Of a stretch of DNA of 64,000 bases, positions 29,657 through 40,659 are shown one piece after another (positions within the stretch are counted from its first letter, which is position 1; each line of letters begins with the position of its first letter). This DNA is from an uncultured Acidobacteriota bacterium (GTDB lineage: Bacteria; Acidobacteriota; Thermoanaerobaculia; Gp7-AA8): positions 704,001 to 768,000 of the forward strand of contig CAWGHO010000001.1 of NCBI GenBank assembly GCA_963822445.1, given 5' to 3'. A model generated the notes under the pieces. That model searched no databases. It was not told the origin of the DNA and was given only the letters and a program-made list of their open reading frames with translations. The translations under genes and the position numbers were made by a program.

Positions 29657-29766
29657 ATCTGGACTGCGGCGGCAGAGCCGCCGCTCTCACTCCCGGCGGC
29701 AAAGCCGCCGGGCCGCGGCTCTGCCGCGGCAAGCCAGAGCGGTGGCTTTGCCACCGCACTCCAGAG
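29657..29766. repeat. REP-like palindromic element (GGA[C/G]TGCGG...CCGCACTCC family)
   Basis: Nested hairpins; related copy at 60036-60098. Confidence 0.75.
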
Positions 29767-29774
29767 CTGAGCTT

Positions 29775-30926
29775 TCATTTCAAAACCTTCCTCGCTATCA
29801 CCATCCGATGCACTTCCGACGGTCCGTCGTAAATCCGGAAGGCCCTCGCCTCTCTGTAAAAATGCTCGAGCGGCAGGTAGGTCGTGTAGCCCAGCCCGCC
29901 GCAGATCTGAATCGCGCGATCGATCACCCGATTGATCGCCTCGGCCACGAACACCTTGCAGATCGACGACTCCTGGCGGATGTCGCTCCCCTGCTCGTGC
30001 TTCCAGGCGGCCTCCATCACCATCAGCCGCGAGGCGTGCAGGTCGATCTCCGAGTCGGCGATCATGTGTTGAATGGCCTCGTGCTGGGCGAGCGTTTTCC
30101 CGAACGCCTCCCGGTCCTTCGCCCGCGCGATGGCGATCTCCTGACTCCGTTGCGCGGCGCCGAGCCAGCGCATGCAGTGCGTCAGTCGCGCCGGGCCGAG
30201 ACGAACCTGCGCGAGCTTGAATCCGTCGCCGATCTCTCCGACGATCGCATCGTCGGGCACACGAACGTTCCGATACTCGACCTCGCAGTGGCCGCCGACG
30301 CCATGACCGCCCATCGTCGGCGTCATCCGTACGACGCGATAGCCGGGCGTGTCCGCCGGCACGATGAACATCGTCGTCTGCTTGTGCCGCGGCGCCTCGG
30401 GATCGGTGACGGCCATCGTTACCGCGAACGACGCACCCATCGCGCCCGTGGTGAACCATTTGTCGCCCGTGATCTCCCAACCCCCATCGACGCGCGTGGC
30501 CCGAGTGCGCATCATCGTCGGATCGGAGCCCGCGCCCGGCGCGGGCTCCGTCATCGCGAAGCAGGAGCGGATCTTCCCTTCGATCAGCGGCCGCAGCCAG
30601 CGCTCCTTCTGCTCATCGTTCGCAAAGTGCGCAAGCAGGTGCATGTTCCCCTCATCCGGCGCGGAACAATGCAGCGCGAGTGCGCCGAGGAAACTGCGGC
30701 CGGCCTGTTCGAAGAGGACGCACATCGCCACCGTGCCCAGCCCGAGACCGCCGTACTCAGGCGGCAACTGCGGTCCGTAGATGCCGAGCTGCCGCGCCTT
30801 CGCCCGCAACTGCGCGATGACATCCTCGGCGATCTCTTCCGCTTCGACAGGAATCACTTCATCGCGCACGAATGCCGCGACGCGATCGCGCAGTTCGACG
30901 AGTTGCGGGTCGAGCTCGAAGTTCAT
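29775..30926 (-). CDS. Acyl-CoA dehydrogenase
   Basis: [32 protein letters not shown]. Confidence 0.92.
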   Translation of the reverse strand: MNFELDPQLVELRDRVAAFVRDEVIPVEAEEIAEDVIAQLRAKARQLGIYGPQLPPEYGGLGLGTVAMCVLFEQAGRSFLGALALHCSAPDEGNMHLLAHFANDEQKERWLRPLIEGKIRSCFAMTEPAPGAGSDPTMMRTRATRVDGGWEITGDKWFTTGAMGASFAVTMAVTDPEAPRHKQTTMFIVPADTPGYRVVRMTPTMGGHGVGGHCEVEYRNVRVPDDAIVGEIGDGFKLAQVRLGPARLTHCMRWLGAAQRSQEIAIARAKDREAFGKTLAQHEAIQHMIADSEIDLHASRLMVMEAAWKHEQGSDIRQESSICKVFVAEAINRVIDRAIQICGGLGYTTYLPLEHFYREARAFRIYDGPSEVHRMVIARKVLK

Positions 30927-32089
30927 TGCAGGTTCTCGAAAATCGTGGCCGCGCCCTGCCCGCCGCCCACGCACATGGTGACCATGCCGTAGCGCGAGCC
31001 GCGGCGGCGCATCTCGCCGAGGAGCTGCACGGTGAGCTTCGCGCCCGATGCGCCGAGGGGGTGGCCGAGGGCGACCGCGCCGCCGTTGACGTTGACGCGC
31101 TCCTGGTCGATGCCCAGCTCGCGCATGACCGCGAGCGCCTGGCAGGCGAAGGCTTCGTTCAACTCGATGAGATCGATGTCTTCGAGTCGCAGTCCGGCGC
31201 GCTTCAACGCCTTCGGCACCGCGACCACGGGACCCATGCCCATGATCTCCGGCCCGACGCCGCCGACGGCGTACGTAACGAGTCGCGCCAGCGGCTTCAG
31301 CCCGAGCTCCTCCGCCCGTTTGCGCGACATCACGATCACCGCGGCTGCGCCGTCCGAGGTCTGGCTGGAGTTGCCCGCGGTGACGACGCCCTTTGCGTGA
31401 AATACGGGCTTCAGCTTCGCGAGCGCTTCCGTTGTCGTGTCCGCGCGCGGGCCTTCGTCCTTGTCGAAGGTGAAGCGCTGCGAGCTTTCCGCGTCGACGA
31501 TCTCGACGTCCAGCGGCACGATGCCGTCATCGGCGAACTTCCCGTCGTTCTGCGCGGCGAGCGCGCGCTGATGACTGCGGAACGCGAACGCGTCGGCGTC
31601 TTCGCGCGAGACGTTGTACTTCCGCGCGACGTTCTCCGCGGTCAGCCCCATGCTCAGATAAACCTCGGGCCGATGCTCGACGAGATGCGGATTCGGGCGG
31701 AAGCGGTTGTTGCCGCGGACCATGCTCATCGACTCCGTGCCGCCGGCGATGATCTGGTCGGCCATGCCGGCCATGATCCGTTCCGCGGCCATGGCGATGG
31801 TTTGCGATCCGGAGGAACAGAAGCGGTTCACGGTCGCGGCGGGAACGCTGTCGGGGAGTCCGGCGCGCAGCGAGGCGATCCGGGCGACGTTCATCCCCGA
31901 TTCTCCTTCGGGAGTCGCGCAGCCGATGATCACGTCGTCGATTTCTTCGGCGCTGACCTGCGGCGTCTTCGCGAGCAGTGCGCGGATGACTTCCGCGGCC
32001 ATGTCGTCCGGCCGCGTGGTGCGCAAGGAACCTTTTGGCGCTTTTCCGACCGCGGTGCGCAGGCCGGCAACGATGACTGCTTCGTTCAT
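30923..32089 (-). CDS. fadA: Acetyl-CoA C-acyltransferase (thiolase)
   Basis: [28 protein letters not shown]. Confidence 0.92.
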   Translation of the reverse strand: MNEAVIVAGLRTAVGKAPKGSLRTTRPDDMAAEVIRALLAKTPQVSAEEIDDVIIGCATPEGESGMNVARIASLRAGLPDSVPAATVNRFCSSGSQTIAMAAERIMAGMADQIIAGGTESMSMVRGNNRFRPNPHLVEHRPEVYLSMGLTAENVARKYNVSREDADAFAFRSHQRALAAQNDGKFADDGIVPLDVEIVDAESSQRFTFDKDEGPRADTTTEALAKLKPVFHAKGVVTAGNSSQTSDGAAAVIVMSRKRAEELGLKPLARLVTYAVGGVGPEIMGMGPVVAVPKALKRAGLRLEDIDLIELNEAFACQALAVMRELGIDQERVNVNGGAVALGHPLGASGAKLTVQLLGEMRRRGSRYGMVTMCVGGGQGAATIFENLQ

Positions 32090-32091
32090 CT

Positions 32092-32529
32092 TCAGGTCTC
32101 CTTGAAAAGAATGCAGGTAGCGGTGCCGTGCGCGTAGAGCTTGCCGTTCGCATCGACGATGCGGCCTTCCGCGGTGGCCGTTCGCGATCCGGCGTGAATG
32201 ACATTGCCGGTGCAGGTCAGCAGCCCGGCCTGACGGGTGATGGCGCGGACGAAATTGATCTTCATTTCCAGGGTCGTGAAGATCTTGCCCGCGGGCATGG
32301 CCGTGACGACCGCGCACGCGAGCGCGCTGTCGAGGAGCGTGGCCGCGAACCCGCCGTGCGCGATGCCGAGGCCGTTTTCGTGCTCAGGCCGCACCTCGCC
32401 GACGATGGTCACGCGGCCCTGCTCCACTTCGGTCATGCGCATTCCGAGCAGCCGGGCCATCGGCGCACCGGCGATCTCGCCGTTGGCGACGCGGCGCATG
32501 TAGTCGAGTCCGGAGAGGCCGTCTTTCAT
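32092..32529 (-). CDS. PaaI family thioesterase
   Basis: NGLGIAHGG...LLDSA hotdog motif. Confidence 0.88.
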   Translation of the reverse strand: MKDGLSGLDYMRRVANGEIAGAPMARLLGMRMTEVEQGRVTIVGEVRPEHENGLGIAHGGFAATLLDSALACAVVTAMPAGKIFTTLEMKINFVRAITRQAGLLTCTGNVIHAGSRTATAEGRIVDANGKLYAHGTATCILFKET

Positions 32530-32540
32530 GGTGTTTGTCG

Positions 32541-32638
32541 TGTCATCCCGAGCGAAGTCGAGGGACCTGGAGCTCGGGTGGTGGCACGCCTCTCGATCCA
32601 CCCGGCCACCAGGTCCCTCGACTTCGCTCGGGATGACA
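32541..32638. repeat. Palindromic REP/MITE-like element with perfect 30-bp inverted repeat
   Basis: TGTCATCCCGAGCGAAGTCGAGGGACCTGG (32541) and its reverse complement (32609-32638). Confidence 0.85.
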
Positions 32639-32642
32639 TCAA

Positions 32643-34916
32643 TTAATTCCTCAACGGTTTCCCACTCTGCAGCATGTACTGAATCCGCTCCATCGTCTTC
32701 GGTTGCGCGAGCAACTCCACGAACACTTCGCGCTCGAGATCGAGAAAGTGCTGTTCGTCGACCCATTGCCCGGCGGACAGATCGCCGCCGCACAGCACGT
32801 GGGCGAGCTTGCCGCTGAGGAACGCGTCGTATTCGCTGATGTAGCCGCCCTGCTGCAGCACGTAAATGCTGGCCTTGACCGCGGCGCGCACGTCGCGGCC
32901 CGCGGCGTAGCAGTTGCGATCGCGATTCGGTGGCACGTAATCGTCCGCGAGGGCGAGCACTTCCTGTTTCGCCTCGTGCAGCAGGTGATCGCGATTCATG
33001 ACGATGCGATCGGTGTCGCTCAGGAAACCGAACGACCGCGCCTCCGCGGCACTCGATGACACCTTCGCCGCACCGACGACCTGCATCAAGTCGCCGATGA
33101 TCGGGACGGCGTCGACGGGCACTTTCTTCATCGCGCGGCGAACCATTTCCTTGCACCCGCCGGCGCCCGGAATCAGTCCGACTCCGACTTCGACGAGCCC
33201 CATGTACGTTTCCGCGGCCGCGACGATGCGTGCGCCGGCCATCGCCACCTCCGCACCGCCACCCAGCGTGCGCCCGAACGGCGCGGTCACGACCGGCTTC
33301 GCGCAGAAGCGGACGCGCATCAGCGCATCCTGCATGCCTTTCACGGCATCGTTCGGATCGCCGGCCAGGCCGCCGGCGAGATTCGCGCCGACGCAGAAAT
33401 CGCCGCCGTCGTTGCCGATGACCAGGCCCTTCCAGTTGCCGCGTTCCACTTCGTCGACGGAGTCGTTCAGCATCTGCCGGATGTCGCCGTCGAGCGTGTT
33501 CATCTTCGTGTGGAACTCGAGGCACAACACGCCGTCGCCGAGGTCGCGCAGGCTCGCGCCTTTGTTCTCTTTGACGACCGGCTGGTCCTTGATGCTGATT
33601 GCGCGCGGATCTTTCGGAATCGCGACGTACGACTTCGACGCGGGGTCGTACACCGAGCCGTCGCGATAAAACGACTCGTTGCCGGCGGCGAGCATTTCCT
33701 TCACCCAAGGCGCGACTTCGACGCCGTGCGCTTCCATCGCACCGGCGGTTCCCTCGACGCCGAGCGCATCCCACAGTTCGAAGGGTCCGAGGTCGTGCGA
33801 GAAGCCCCAGCGCACGGCGCTGTCGATGCTCACCAGATCGTCGCTGATCTCCGGCACGCGCCGCGCCGCGTAGCCGAACGCGTTGTAAACGACGTGACGC
33901 GCGAGGTTGCCGGCCTTGTCGGTCTGCTGCAGCACGAACTGCAATCGCTCCGGCAGCTTCTTGATCTTCGACGCTTCGGCCAGCGAGCGGATCTCCGGCT
34001 CGCGCCGCTCGCGATACTCGCCCGTCTCCAGGTCGAGAGTCTGAATGCTCTTGCGATCCTTCTTGTAGAAGCCCTGCTGGGTCTTGTCGCCGAGGCGGCC
34101 TTTTTCTTTCTGCGTGGCGAACAGGTTCTGCAGGCGCGGCGACATGAGCACGTCGCGCGACTCGTCCCCTTCGATCAGCTCGTACAGATTCGTCGCGACG
34201 GAGCTCGAAACATCGAGGCCGACCAGATCCTGCAAGCGGAACGAGGCCGTTTTCGGCCGCCCGATGAGCGGACCGACGATCGCGTCGGTCTCTTCGATCG
34301 TGTAGCCATGCTCGAGCGCGAAATCGGTCACCTGCGCGCCGCCGATCGAGGCCAGGCGGTTGGCGATGAAGTTCGGCGTGTCCTTGCAGAGCACGACCGA
34401 CTTGCCGAGGCGGTGCTCGGCGAACTCGCGAACGAACGCGACGACGTCGGGCGACGTCCGCGGCGTCGGAATGACTTCGAGCAATTTCATGTACCGCGGC
34501 GGATTGAAAAAGTGCGTGCCGAGGAAGTGCTTCTGAAAGTCTTCGGAGGCCTGCGATGCGATCTGCGAGATGGGCAGCCCTGAGGTGTTGCTGGAGATGA
34601 TGCTGTTCGGCTTGCGCAGACGATCGATGCGCGCGACGAGCTCGCGCTTGGCGTCGAGGTTCTCGATGATGGCCTCGATGATCCAGTCCCCCTCGGCCAG
34701 CCACTCTTCGTGTTCGTCGAGCTTGCCGGCAGTGATGAGGTACGCGGTTTCGGGAGTGTGAAACGGCGGCGGCTTGTGCGCTTTGATCTTGTTGAGCGGA
34801 GGCTCGATGACGTCGAGGAGGTAGACCGGAATCCCGGCATTTGCGAAATGGGCGGCGATGCCTCCACCCATCGTGCCGGAGCCGATGACGACGGCGCGCG
34901 CGATCGTTCTAGGCAT
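32643..34916 (-). CDS. fadN: 3-hydroxyacyl-CoA dehydrogenase/enoyl-CoA hydratase fusion
   Basis: GSGTMGGG, SNTSG, THFFNP, C-terminal crotonase LGGGAE / EVGVGLIP, GKPLRN end. Confidence 0.88.
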   Translation of the reverse strand: MPRTIARAVVIGSGTMGGGIAAHFANAGIPVYLLDVIEPPLNKIKAHKPPPFHTPETAYLITAGKLDEHEEWLAEGDWIIEAIIENLDAKRELVARIDRLRKPNSIISSNTSGLPISQIASQASEDFQKHFLGTHFFNPPRYMKLLEVIPTPRTSPDVVAFVREFAEHRLGKSVVLCKDTPNFIANRLASIGGAQVTDFALEHGYTIEETDAIVGPLIGRPKTASFRLQDLVGLDVSSSVATNLYELIEGDESRDVLMSPRLQNLFATQKEKGRLGDKTQQGFYKKDRKSIQTLDLETGEYRERREPEIRSLAEASKIKKLPERLQFVLQQTDKAGNLARHVVYNAFGYAARRVPEISDDLVSIDSAVRWGFSHDLGPFELWDALGVEGTAGAMEAHGVEVAPWVKEMLAAGNESFYRDGSVYDPASKSYVAIPKDPRAISIKDQPVVKENKGASLRDLGDGVLCLEFHTKMNTLDGDIRQMLNDSVDEVERGNWKGLVIGNDGGDFCVGANLAGGLAGDPNDAVKGMQDALMRVRFCAKPVVTAPFGRTLGGGAEVAMAGARIVAAAETYMGLVEVGVGLIPGAGGCKEMVRRAMKKVPVDAVPIIGDLMQVVGAAKVSSSAAEARSFGFLSDTDRIVMNRDHLLHEAKQEVLALADDYVPPNRDRNCYAAGRDVRAAVKASIYVLQQGGYISEYDAFLSGKLAHVLCGGDLSAGQWVDEQHFLDLEREVFVELLAQPKTMERIQYMLQSGKPLRN

Positions 34917-34981
34917 GAGGAACCACCGGGAGGCCTCCGGCGGGCCGGCACGGCCGGCAGCGCTGGTGTTGGCGATTTTGC

Positions 34982-35755
34982 TCAGACAATCGTCCCTCCT
35001 CCATCGACTACGACCGTATGACCGGTGATGTAGCTGGAAGCGTCAGAAGCCAGGAACACGGCCACACCTTTCAGCTCACCGGGATCACCCACCCGTCCGA
35101 TCGGATTGCGGCGTTGAATCTCCGGCTCGACGTGCTTGATGACTGGATCGGCCAGACGCGAGTGAAAGAAGCCGGGGGCGATGGCGTTGACGCGGATTCC
35201 GCTCGGACCCCAGGTCGCGGCGAGCTCGCGGGTGAGGCCGATCAGCGCGGACTTGCTCGCCACGTAACCGGCGAAATGTGGGCCGTGCGTCGCCGAACGC
35301 AGACCGGCGACCGAAGCGATGTTGATGATCACGCCGGACTTCGCTTCGAGCATCACCCGTCCGGCGGCCTGGGCGAAGAGGAACGCGCCGGTGAGATTCG
35401 TGTCGAGCACGCTCTTCCACTTTTCGAGCGACATCGTCTCCGGCCGCTCGCCCCAGGAAATGCCGGCGTTGTTGATGAGGATGTCGATGCGGCCGTAGAT
35501 CGCGACCGTGTCTTTGACCACGCTCTCGACCTGCTGCGGATCGGTGACGTCGCAGACCCGCCCTTCGACGCGATAACCGCGGCCGCGCAGTTCCTCGAGC
35601 GTCGGCGTCAGCCACTGCTCGCGTCGCGCGCAAAGCATCAGCGCCGCGCCGGCCTCCGCCAGTCCTTCGGCGAATTCCTGGCCGAGGCCGCGCGAGCCTC
35701 CGGTGATGATCGCGACGCGGTTGGAAAGGTCGAAGAGCTCCTGGACTGGCCTCAT
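34982..35755 (-). CDS. SDR oxidoreductase
   Basis: TGGSRGLG, NNAG, YVASK. Confidence 0.9.
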   Translation of the reverse strand: MRPVQELFDLSNRVAIITGGSRGLGQEFAEGLAEAGAALMLCARREQWLTPTLEELRGRGYRVEGRVCDVTDPQQVESVVKDTVAIYGRIDILINNAGISWGERPETMSLEKWKSVLDTNLTGAFLFAQAAGRVMLEAKSGVIINIASVAGLRSATHGPHFAGYVASKSALIGLTRELAATWGPSGIRVNAIAPGFFHSRLADPVIKHVEPEIQRRNPIGRVGDPGELKGVAVFLASDASSYITGHTVVVDGGGTIV

Positions 35756-35778
35756 CGAGGCCGGATCATCGCACTGAT

Positions 35779-36423
35779 TCAGCGCCTTGCGTCATTGGCC
35801 CGTTCAATCAGCGTTTCGAGCGGTTTTTCGACCCGCTCGGCCATGACGTCGTACCCGCGGGCATTCGGGTGGATCTCGTCGCTCTTCAAGGTCTGGTTGC
35901 TGAGGATTCCGTCCATGAGGTCGGGGATCAGCAGACATTTCGTGTCATCGGCGACGCGCTCGTACATCGACTCGTAACTCGGGCCGAGGCTGGGAAACCG
36001 GAAGCCGAGCAGGACCACCATCGCTCCCTGCTGCTGGATTCGGCGCACGATCGCGCGCAGATTCCGCTCCGTGTCGGCGATGGGCATGCGACGGAGAAAG
36101 TCGTTGCCGCCGAGGCCGACGATGACGATTCGCGGGTCGTGGGCGATGACGTCGGATTCGATCCGCGCCAACGCGGACTCGGTCGTATCGCCGCTCACGC
36201 CGGCGTTGAGAATCTCGACGCCGGCGCGCTGGGCTAGTCGCGATGGGTAATCCTCGCCCGCGCCTGCGCCGACTCCCGAGGTGAGTGAGTCTCCGAACGC
36301 GATGACGGCGGTGCCGCGGGAGTCGAGATTGGTGACCTTGCCGCCCGGCCAGAACAGCAGGACGAGTGCGATCACGACCGCGCCGAGGCCGGCGCCGATG
36401 GCGAGCGGTGGAGGCCGGCGCAC
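35779..36423 (-). CDS. GDSL arylesterase (TesA-like), membrane anchored
   Basis: FGDSLT, NAGVSG, GGND, DEIHPN. Confidence 0.88.
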   Translation of the reverse strand: MRRPPPLAIGAGLGAVVIALVLLFWPGGKVTNLDSRGTAVIAFGDSLTSGVGAGAGEDYPSRLAQRAGVEILNAGVSGDTTESALARIESDVIAHDPRIVIVGLGGNDFLRRMPIADTERNLRAIVRRIQQQGAMVVLLGFRFPSLGPSYESMYERVADDTKCLLIPDLMDGILSNQTLKSDEIHPNARGYDVMAERVEKPLETLIERANDARR

Positions 36424-36452
36424 CGGCGGACTCGGACGCTTCGGCGCGGCTT

Positions 36453-37985
36453 TCAGTTGGCCGGCTCCGGTTTATTGATCTGCGCCGCGAGCCGCATCGC
36501 ATTCCGGCGGCCGGGCGCATCGCGAAGGACGAGGTTCAACTCGGCGATCGCGTCCTCCTTCTTCCCGTTCTCGAGCAGCAACTCCGCGAGCAGCTCGCGC
36601 GCGGGAACGATCGCGCCGGGAGTGACCGGGTGCTTGTCCGTGGAAGCCTCGAGATCCGCCGCGGTGCGCATCAGCTTGAGGGCCTGTTCGTCGTTTCGTT
36701 CCGCGCGTGCAAGCCACGCGGCGACGGCGAGGCGCTGCACTTCGACCTGATCGGCCCAGTAGGTGTTTTTCTGATCGATCAGCGTCTCGCGGATGGCGGC
36801 CAGCCTGCGCAGCGCTTCGCGGGCGACAGGAATCTGTCCCGATCGCGCCGCACCGATGCCGCGAGCGAAATGGATGTTGGCCTCGGCATACGGAACCTTG
36901 TCCCACTTGACCACGCCCGGCACGGTGAGCGCGGCCGCTTCTTTCCACTGACGGCGCTCGAGTGCGTAACGTCCCGGCACCGCGCTCACGGCGAAGGCCG
37001 CGGCGAACTGCGCGGGATTGTCGATCTTGGTGACCGCCGCGAGCTTCTCTGTGAGCTTCCGCGCGTCGTCGATCTTGCCTTGCTGCAGGTAGGCGTAGAC
37101 GAGGTAGTCGATGGCGTGCAACTCGTCGAAGGAGGCCGCGCCGGGCATGAACGTCGAGACGTAGTTGCGTGCTTTTTCGGCCGAGGCGAGATTCGAAGCG
37201 ATCGATTCGTCCCAGAGTCCGAGGCGCGTGAAGATGTGCGAGGGCATGTGCAGCGCGTGCGGAGAGCCGGGCGCGAGCTTCGCGTAAACGCGCGCGGCGG
37301 GAAGTGCCAGTGCGGCGAGCTCGGGGTAGTCGAAGCTGTGAATGAGGTAGTGCGCGACGCCCGGATGCTCCGGCTCCTGAGGCAGTACGCGATTGAGAAT
37401 CTCCGCGGCCTTCTTCTGATGGGCGTAGGTCTTGTCGCTCGGCTGGGCGATGCCGAGGAGCGCCAAGGCGTGGAAGATCGCCGCTTCGCGATCTTTCGGA
37501 TGATCGCCCTCGAGCGCAGCCATCGCTTTCTCATACGCGGTCATTCGCGACTTGTGATCGAGCTTGTCCGAGTCGGCGTAGAACGTGGCGATCGCGGCGA
37601 TGAAGGTCTTCTCGCGATCGGTTTTCGCGCCGACCTTGATCGCGCGCTCGGCTGCTTCCCGGCCCGTCTTCAGTTCATCCGGCGTGGGCGGGGCCCAGAT
37701 CGGATGGAGATTGGACATGGCCACTCCCCACCAGGCCATGCCGCAATCGGCGTCGGCCGCTGCGGCCCGGCGAAAGGACTTCTCGGCCTCCGCGTACCAG
37801 AACGAGTGAATGAGCGCGACTCCGCGATCGATCTCCTTGCGTGCCGCCTCGTTGCACGACGTCTCGATGTGGGCCTTTCCGATGTTGCCGAGGTCCGGGG
37901 CAGCGTGATCGTGATCGTCGTGGGAATGACCCTGCGCGAAGAGGGAGAGCGGGGCGGAAAGTACGAGCGCGAGCAGCGTGCGCAT
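36453..37985 (-). CDS. Secreted TPR-like repeat protein
   Basis: Signal peptide, His-rich N-terminus, HPGVAHYLIH, HALHMPSHIF. Confidence 0.85.
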   Translation of the reverse strand: MRTLLALVLSAPLSLFAQGHSHDDHDHAAPDLGNIGKAHIETSCNEAARKEIDRGVALIHSFWYAEAEKSFRRAAAADADCGMAWWGVAMSNLHPIWAPPTPDELKTGREAAERAIKVGAKTDREKTFIAAIATFYADSDKLDHKSRMTAYEKAMAALEGDHPKDREAAIFHALALLGIAQPSDKTYAHQKKAAEILNRVLPQEPEHPGVAHYLIHSFDYPELAALALPAARVYAKLAPGSPHALHMPSHIFTRLGLWDESIASNLASAEKARNYVSTFMPGAASFDELHAIDYLVYAYLQQGKIDDARKLTEKLAAVTKIDNPAQFAAAFAVSAVPGRYALERRQWKEAAALTVPGVVKWDKVPYAEANIHFARGIGAARSGQIPVAREALRRLAAIRETLIDQKNTYWADQVEVQRLAVAAWLARAERNDEQALKLMRTAADLEASTDKHPVTPGAIVPARELLAELLLENGKKEDAIAELNLVLRDAPGRRNAMRLAAQINKPEPAN

Positions 37986-38099
37986 GACGGGCCTCCTTTG
38001 TTGCGAGGGGAAAGTCTAGCGCCGAAACGCGGGCGGAAATCAAAATCCGGTAGGGGAAACGCGGAGTGAAGACCCTCCTATCCAGAGAGGGAATCAGAC

Positions 38100-40628
38100 A
38101 TGCGTCCGTTTGTCGTTGGGTTGATCTTCATCGCCACTGCCCTTCCACTGTTTGCCCAGCCAGCCACTCCCCCGGCGCCGACATTTCCCAAGCCGCTGGT
38201 CGACTCCGTAAAAATCGAGCGTGACGCCACGGCATTCTTCGTGATCGACGGCGGCGGGCTCGTTGCCGGGCTGGCCGGTCAACGGGTCAGGGACAACATC
38301 TGCTTTCCCGAGCGCAAAGACGCGCCGTCGTTCTCGTTCGACACCACGATCCGGCAGGGCTGGACGGTGCGTCTCGTGCCGCAGGATCCCGCCGATCTCG
38401 CGCCCGGATGCCACAACCTTCAGTGCTCGCGGACGCTGCAGCAACTGAAAGCCAATGACCTCTGCGATCTCTCGCCGGCCGGGTCGGGGCCGTGCATCAC
38501 CTCGACGAGAGCACTCGGCGCCTGCTTCGGTCCCGAATGCGACGCCCTGCGCGCCAACTGCAAGCTCGAGGGCAATCCGCGGACCTGCACGCTCGCGGTG
38601 GAAGACATCAAGGCAGCGTGTGACTCCAGGCGTTGCGGCACGGCCAAACCAATCCTCTTCCCTGACCGCCAGCTGGAACCGGGCGAACGAGCCTCGGTTT
38701 CGTTCCCGCCGGAATCTCTGGGAAAACCGCCATACCACTTCATCGTCGAGGGAGAGAACGGCGAGGTCTACGAGGTCACCGTCGCGAACGGCGGAGCGGC
38801 GTGCACGGACCTGATCCCGGAGACCACCACCGTCGAAGAAGTGGTGGTCATCCCTCTCGACAACACCGGCGTGGCGAGCTGGCTTTATCTCAACCCGATC
38901 AACCCGGCATGCATGACCTGCGACAACAGCGCGATGCGCCCGCTCGCGTTCGAAAACCGCACCAGCGACCGGTCCTTCAGTGTCTCGATCGACTTCCCCG
39001 CCGCGGTCAGCCCGGCGCTGTTCGGCGAAGGCTGCAAGATCGACAAGGTCTGCAAGATCTCCCGGACGATTCCGCCGAACAACGCCACGATCTTCGACAA
39101 GAACGTCCTCGAGCTCGTGCCCAAGGGAACGCTGCTGAAATTCAAGGTGGCCTTTTCCGACGAGGTGGACAAAGTCTCCAACGCGACCGCGTACCTGAGA
39201 GTCTCGTCGGCCGACATCGAGGATCCGCCGGACGCGCTGGACACGAAGTTCGCGACGAAACTCGGTGCGGCGCTCGATCCCTTCATCGCCGCGGTTCCGG
39301 ACAAGTTCACCGACGTGGACGCGAACGGACTGGACGACGTGACCGGTTTCAAGCCTTGCTATCCCCCCGCAACGCCCGACAAGTTCGCGAAGGACGCGGA
39401 GCCCGCACTCTGCGTCGGCAACCGCGTCTACGGGGGCAAGTACGCGCGGCACTACACCGGCCTGGCCCGGATCGACCTGGCGAAGACGCTGGGCCGGCGC
39501 GCCGACATCAGCGCCTCGGTGAACTACCGCACCAGCGATTTCGGTGTCGACGATGGCAACGTCGTGAAGTTGAGCGAGTACGGCATCAACGTATTCGGCA
39601 CGAACGGGATCCACTTCCGCTTCGGCAGGACCACGTGGGCCAATCCCGCGAACTCGATCTCCATCTTCGAGAAGGGCGACGGCTATCGCTTCAACTACAA
39701 GTACGGCTCGATCACGCATGTCGTGAAACGCGAGAGTGCCAAGTCGCTGGCCGACGCCGACAACGATGACAGCCGCTCGATCATCGGACAGCTGAAATCG
39801 ATCCCGCTCAATCGCTGGCGCGGAAAGCCGAGCAATGTCCCCTTCTTCCGCGGATTGAAGCTCCTCGACGTGACGGCGGTCCGCGGCGAAGACAAGCTCA
39901 GTCACGTGTACCGGACGCTCGGTGCCGAGGTGTTCTACACCTTCAGAAGCCCGGAGAAGTATCCGTGGCTGGGAACGCTGACTGGAAGTGCCGCGGCATT
40001 CAAGAGCTCGCGCCACGCCACGACGACCACCGTGATTCTGCCTCGCCACGGCGAAGGCTGGGTGGGCTTGTTCACCGCGACCTGGATCGGCAAGACGCAA
40101 AAAGCGCCGGCAGGCGGTTTCGAACCGGTCCGCAGTTACACCGTGCAGTTCGGAAAGGGCTCCTCTGACGACACCGACACGGAAGACAAGAGCGAGGACT
40201 ACATCGGCGAGGCGCCTACGTTTTCCGGCGACACGCTGTTGATGTCGACCTTTGCCAGCAAGATCAACGCGAAGGGAAACACAATCCTCCAACCGAGCCT
40301 GGCCAACAAGCGCTACCTCGGCCTGCAGATCGTCGACAACACCTGGTCCCCGCTCGAGGAACTGGCCAAGGCCTTCCGTGTGGAAGCGGCGGTGAACAGC
40401 AAATCGACGACGCTGCGGATCCGGCAGTACAAGTTCGGCAGGCCGGTCTACGCGACCACTGAAAGCCGCGATGCGGTTAGCGAGTTTTCGGTGGAGTTCG
40501 CGATTGAAGTCCCGAAAGGCGTTCGAGTGACCGCAGGTACCGGCTACATGCACACCGGCAAGGGAATCGAGCCGGTGATCGAGAACGATGCCTGGGTGGT
40601 CTCGGCCGGTGTCTCGCTGACTCTCTAA
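38100..40628 (+). CDS. Large secreted protein with Cys-rich N-half and possible C-terminal beta-barrel
   Basis: Signal peptide; many Cys in first ~440 aa; amphipathic strands ending WVVSAGVSLTL. Confidence 0.8.
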   Translation: MRPFVVGLIFIATALPLFAQPATPPAPTFPKPLVDSVKIERDATAFFVIDGGGLVAGLAGQRVRDNICFPERKDAPSFSFDTTIRQGWTVRLVPQDPADLAPGCHNLQCSRTLQQLKANDLCDLSPAGSGPCITSTRALGACFGPECDALRANCKLEGNPRTCTLAVEDIKAACDSRRCGTAKPILFPDRQLEPGERASVSFPPESLGKPPYHFIVEGENGEVYEVTVANGGAACTDLIPETTTVEEVVVIPLDNTGVASWLYLNPINPACMTCDNSAMRPLAFENRTSDRSFSVSIDFPAAVSPALFGEGCKIDKVCKISRTIPPNNATIFDKNVLELVPKGTLLKFKVAFSDEVDKVSNATAYLRVSSADIEDPPDALDTKFATKLGAALDPFIAAVPDKFTDVDANGLDDVTGFKPCYPPATPDKFAKDAEPALCVGNRVYGGKYARHYTGLARIDLAKTLGRRADISASVNYRTSDFGVDDGNVVKLSEYGINVFGTNGIHFRFGRTTWANPANSISIFEKGDGYRFNYKYGSITHVVKRESAKSLADADNDDSRSIIGQLKSIPLNRWRGKPSNVPFFRGLKLLDVTAVRGEDKLSHVYRTLGAEVFYTFRSPEKYPWLGTLTGSAAAFKSSRHATTTTVILPRHGEGWVGLFTATWIGKTQKAPAGGFEPVRSYTVQFGKGSSDDTDTEDKSEDYIGEAPTFSGDTLLMSTFASKINAKGNTILQPSLANKRYLGLQIVDNTWSPLEELAKAFRVEAAVNSKSTTLRIRQYKFGRPVYATTESRDAVSEFSVEFAIEVPKGVRVTAGTGYMHTGKGIEPVIENDAWVVSAGVSLTL

Positions 40629-40659
40629 AACGAAACGACGATCGACAACAGGAGGAATC

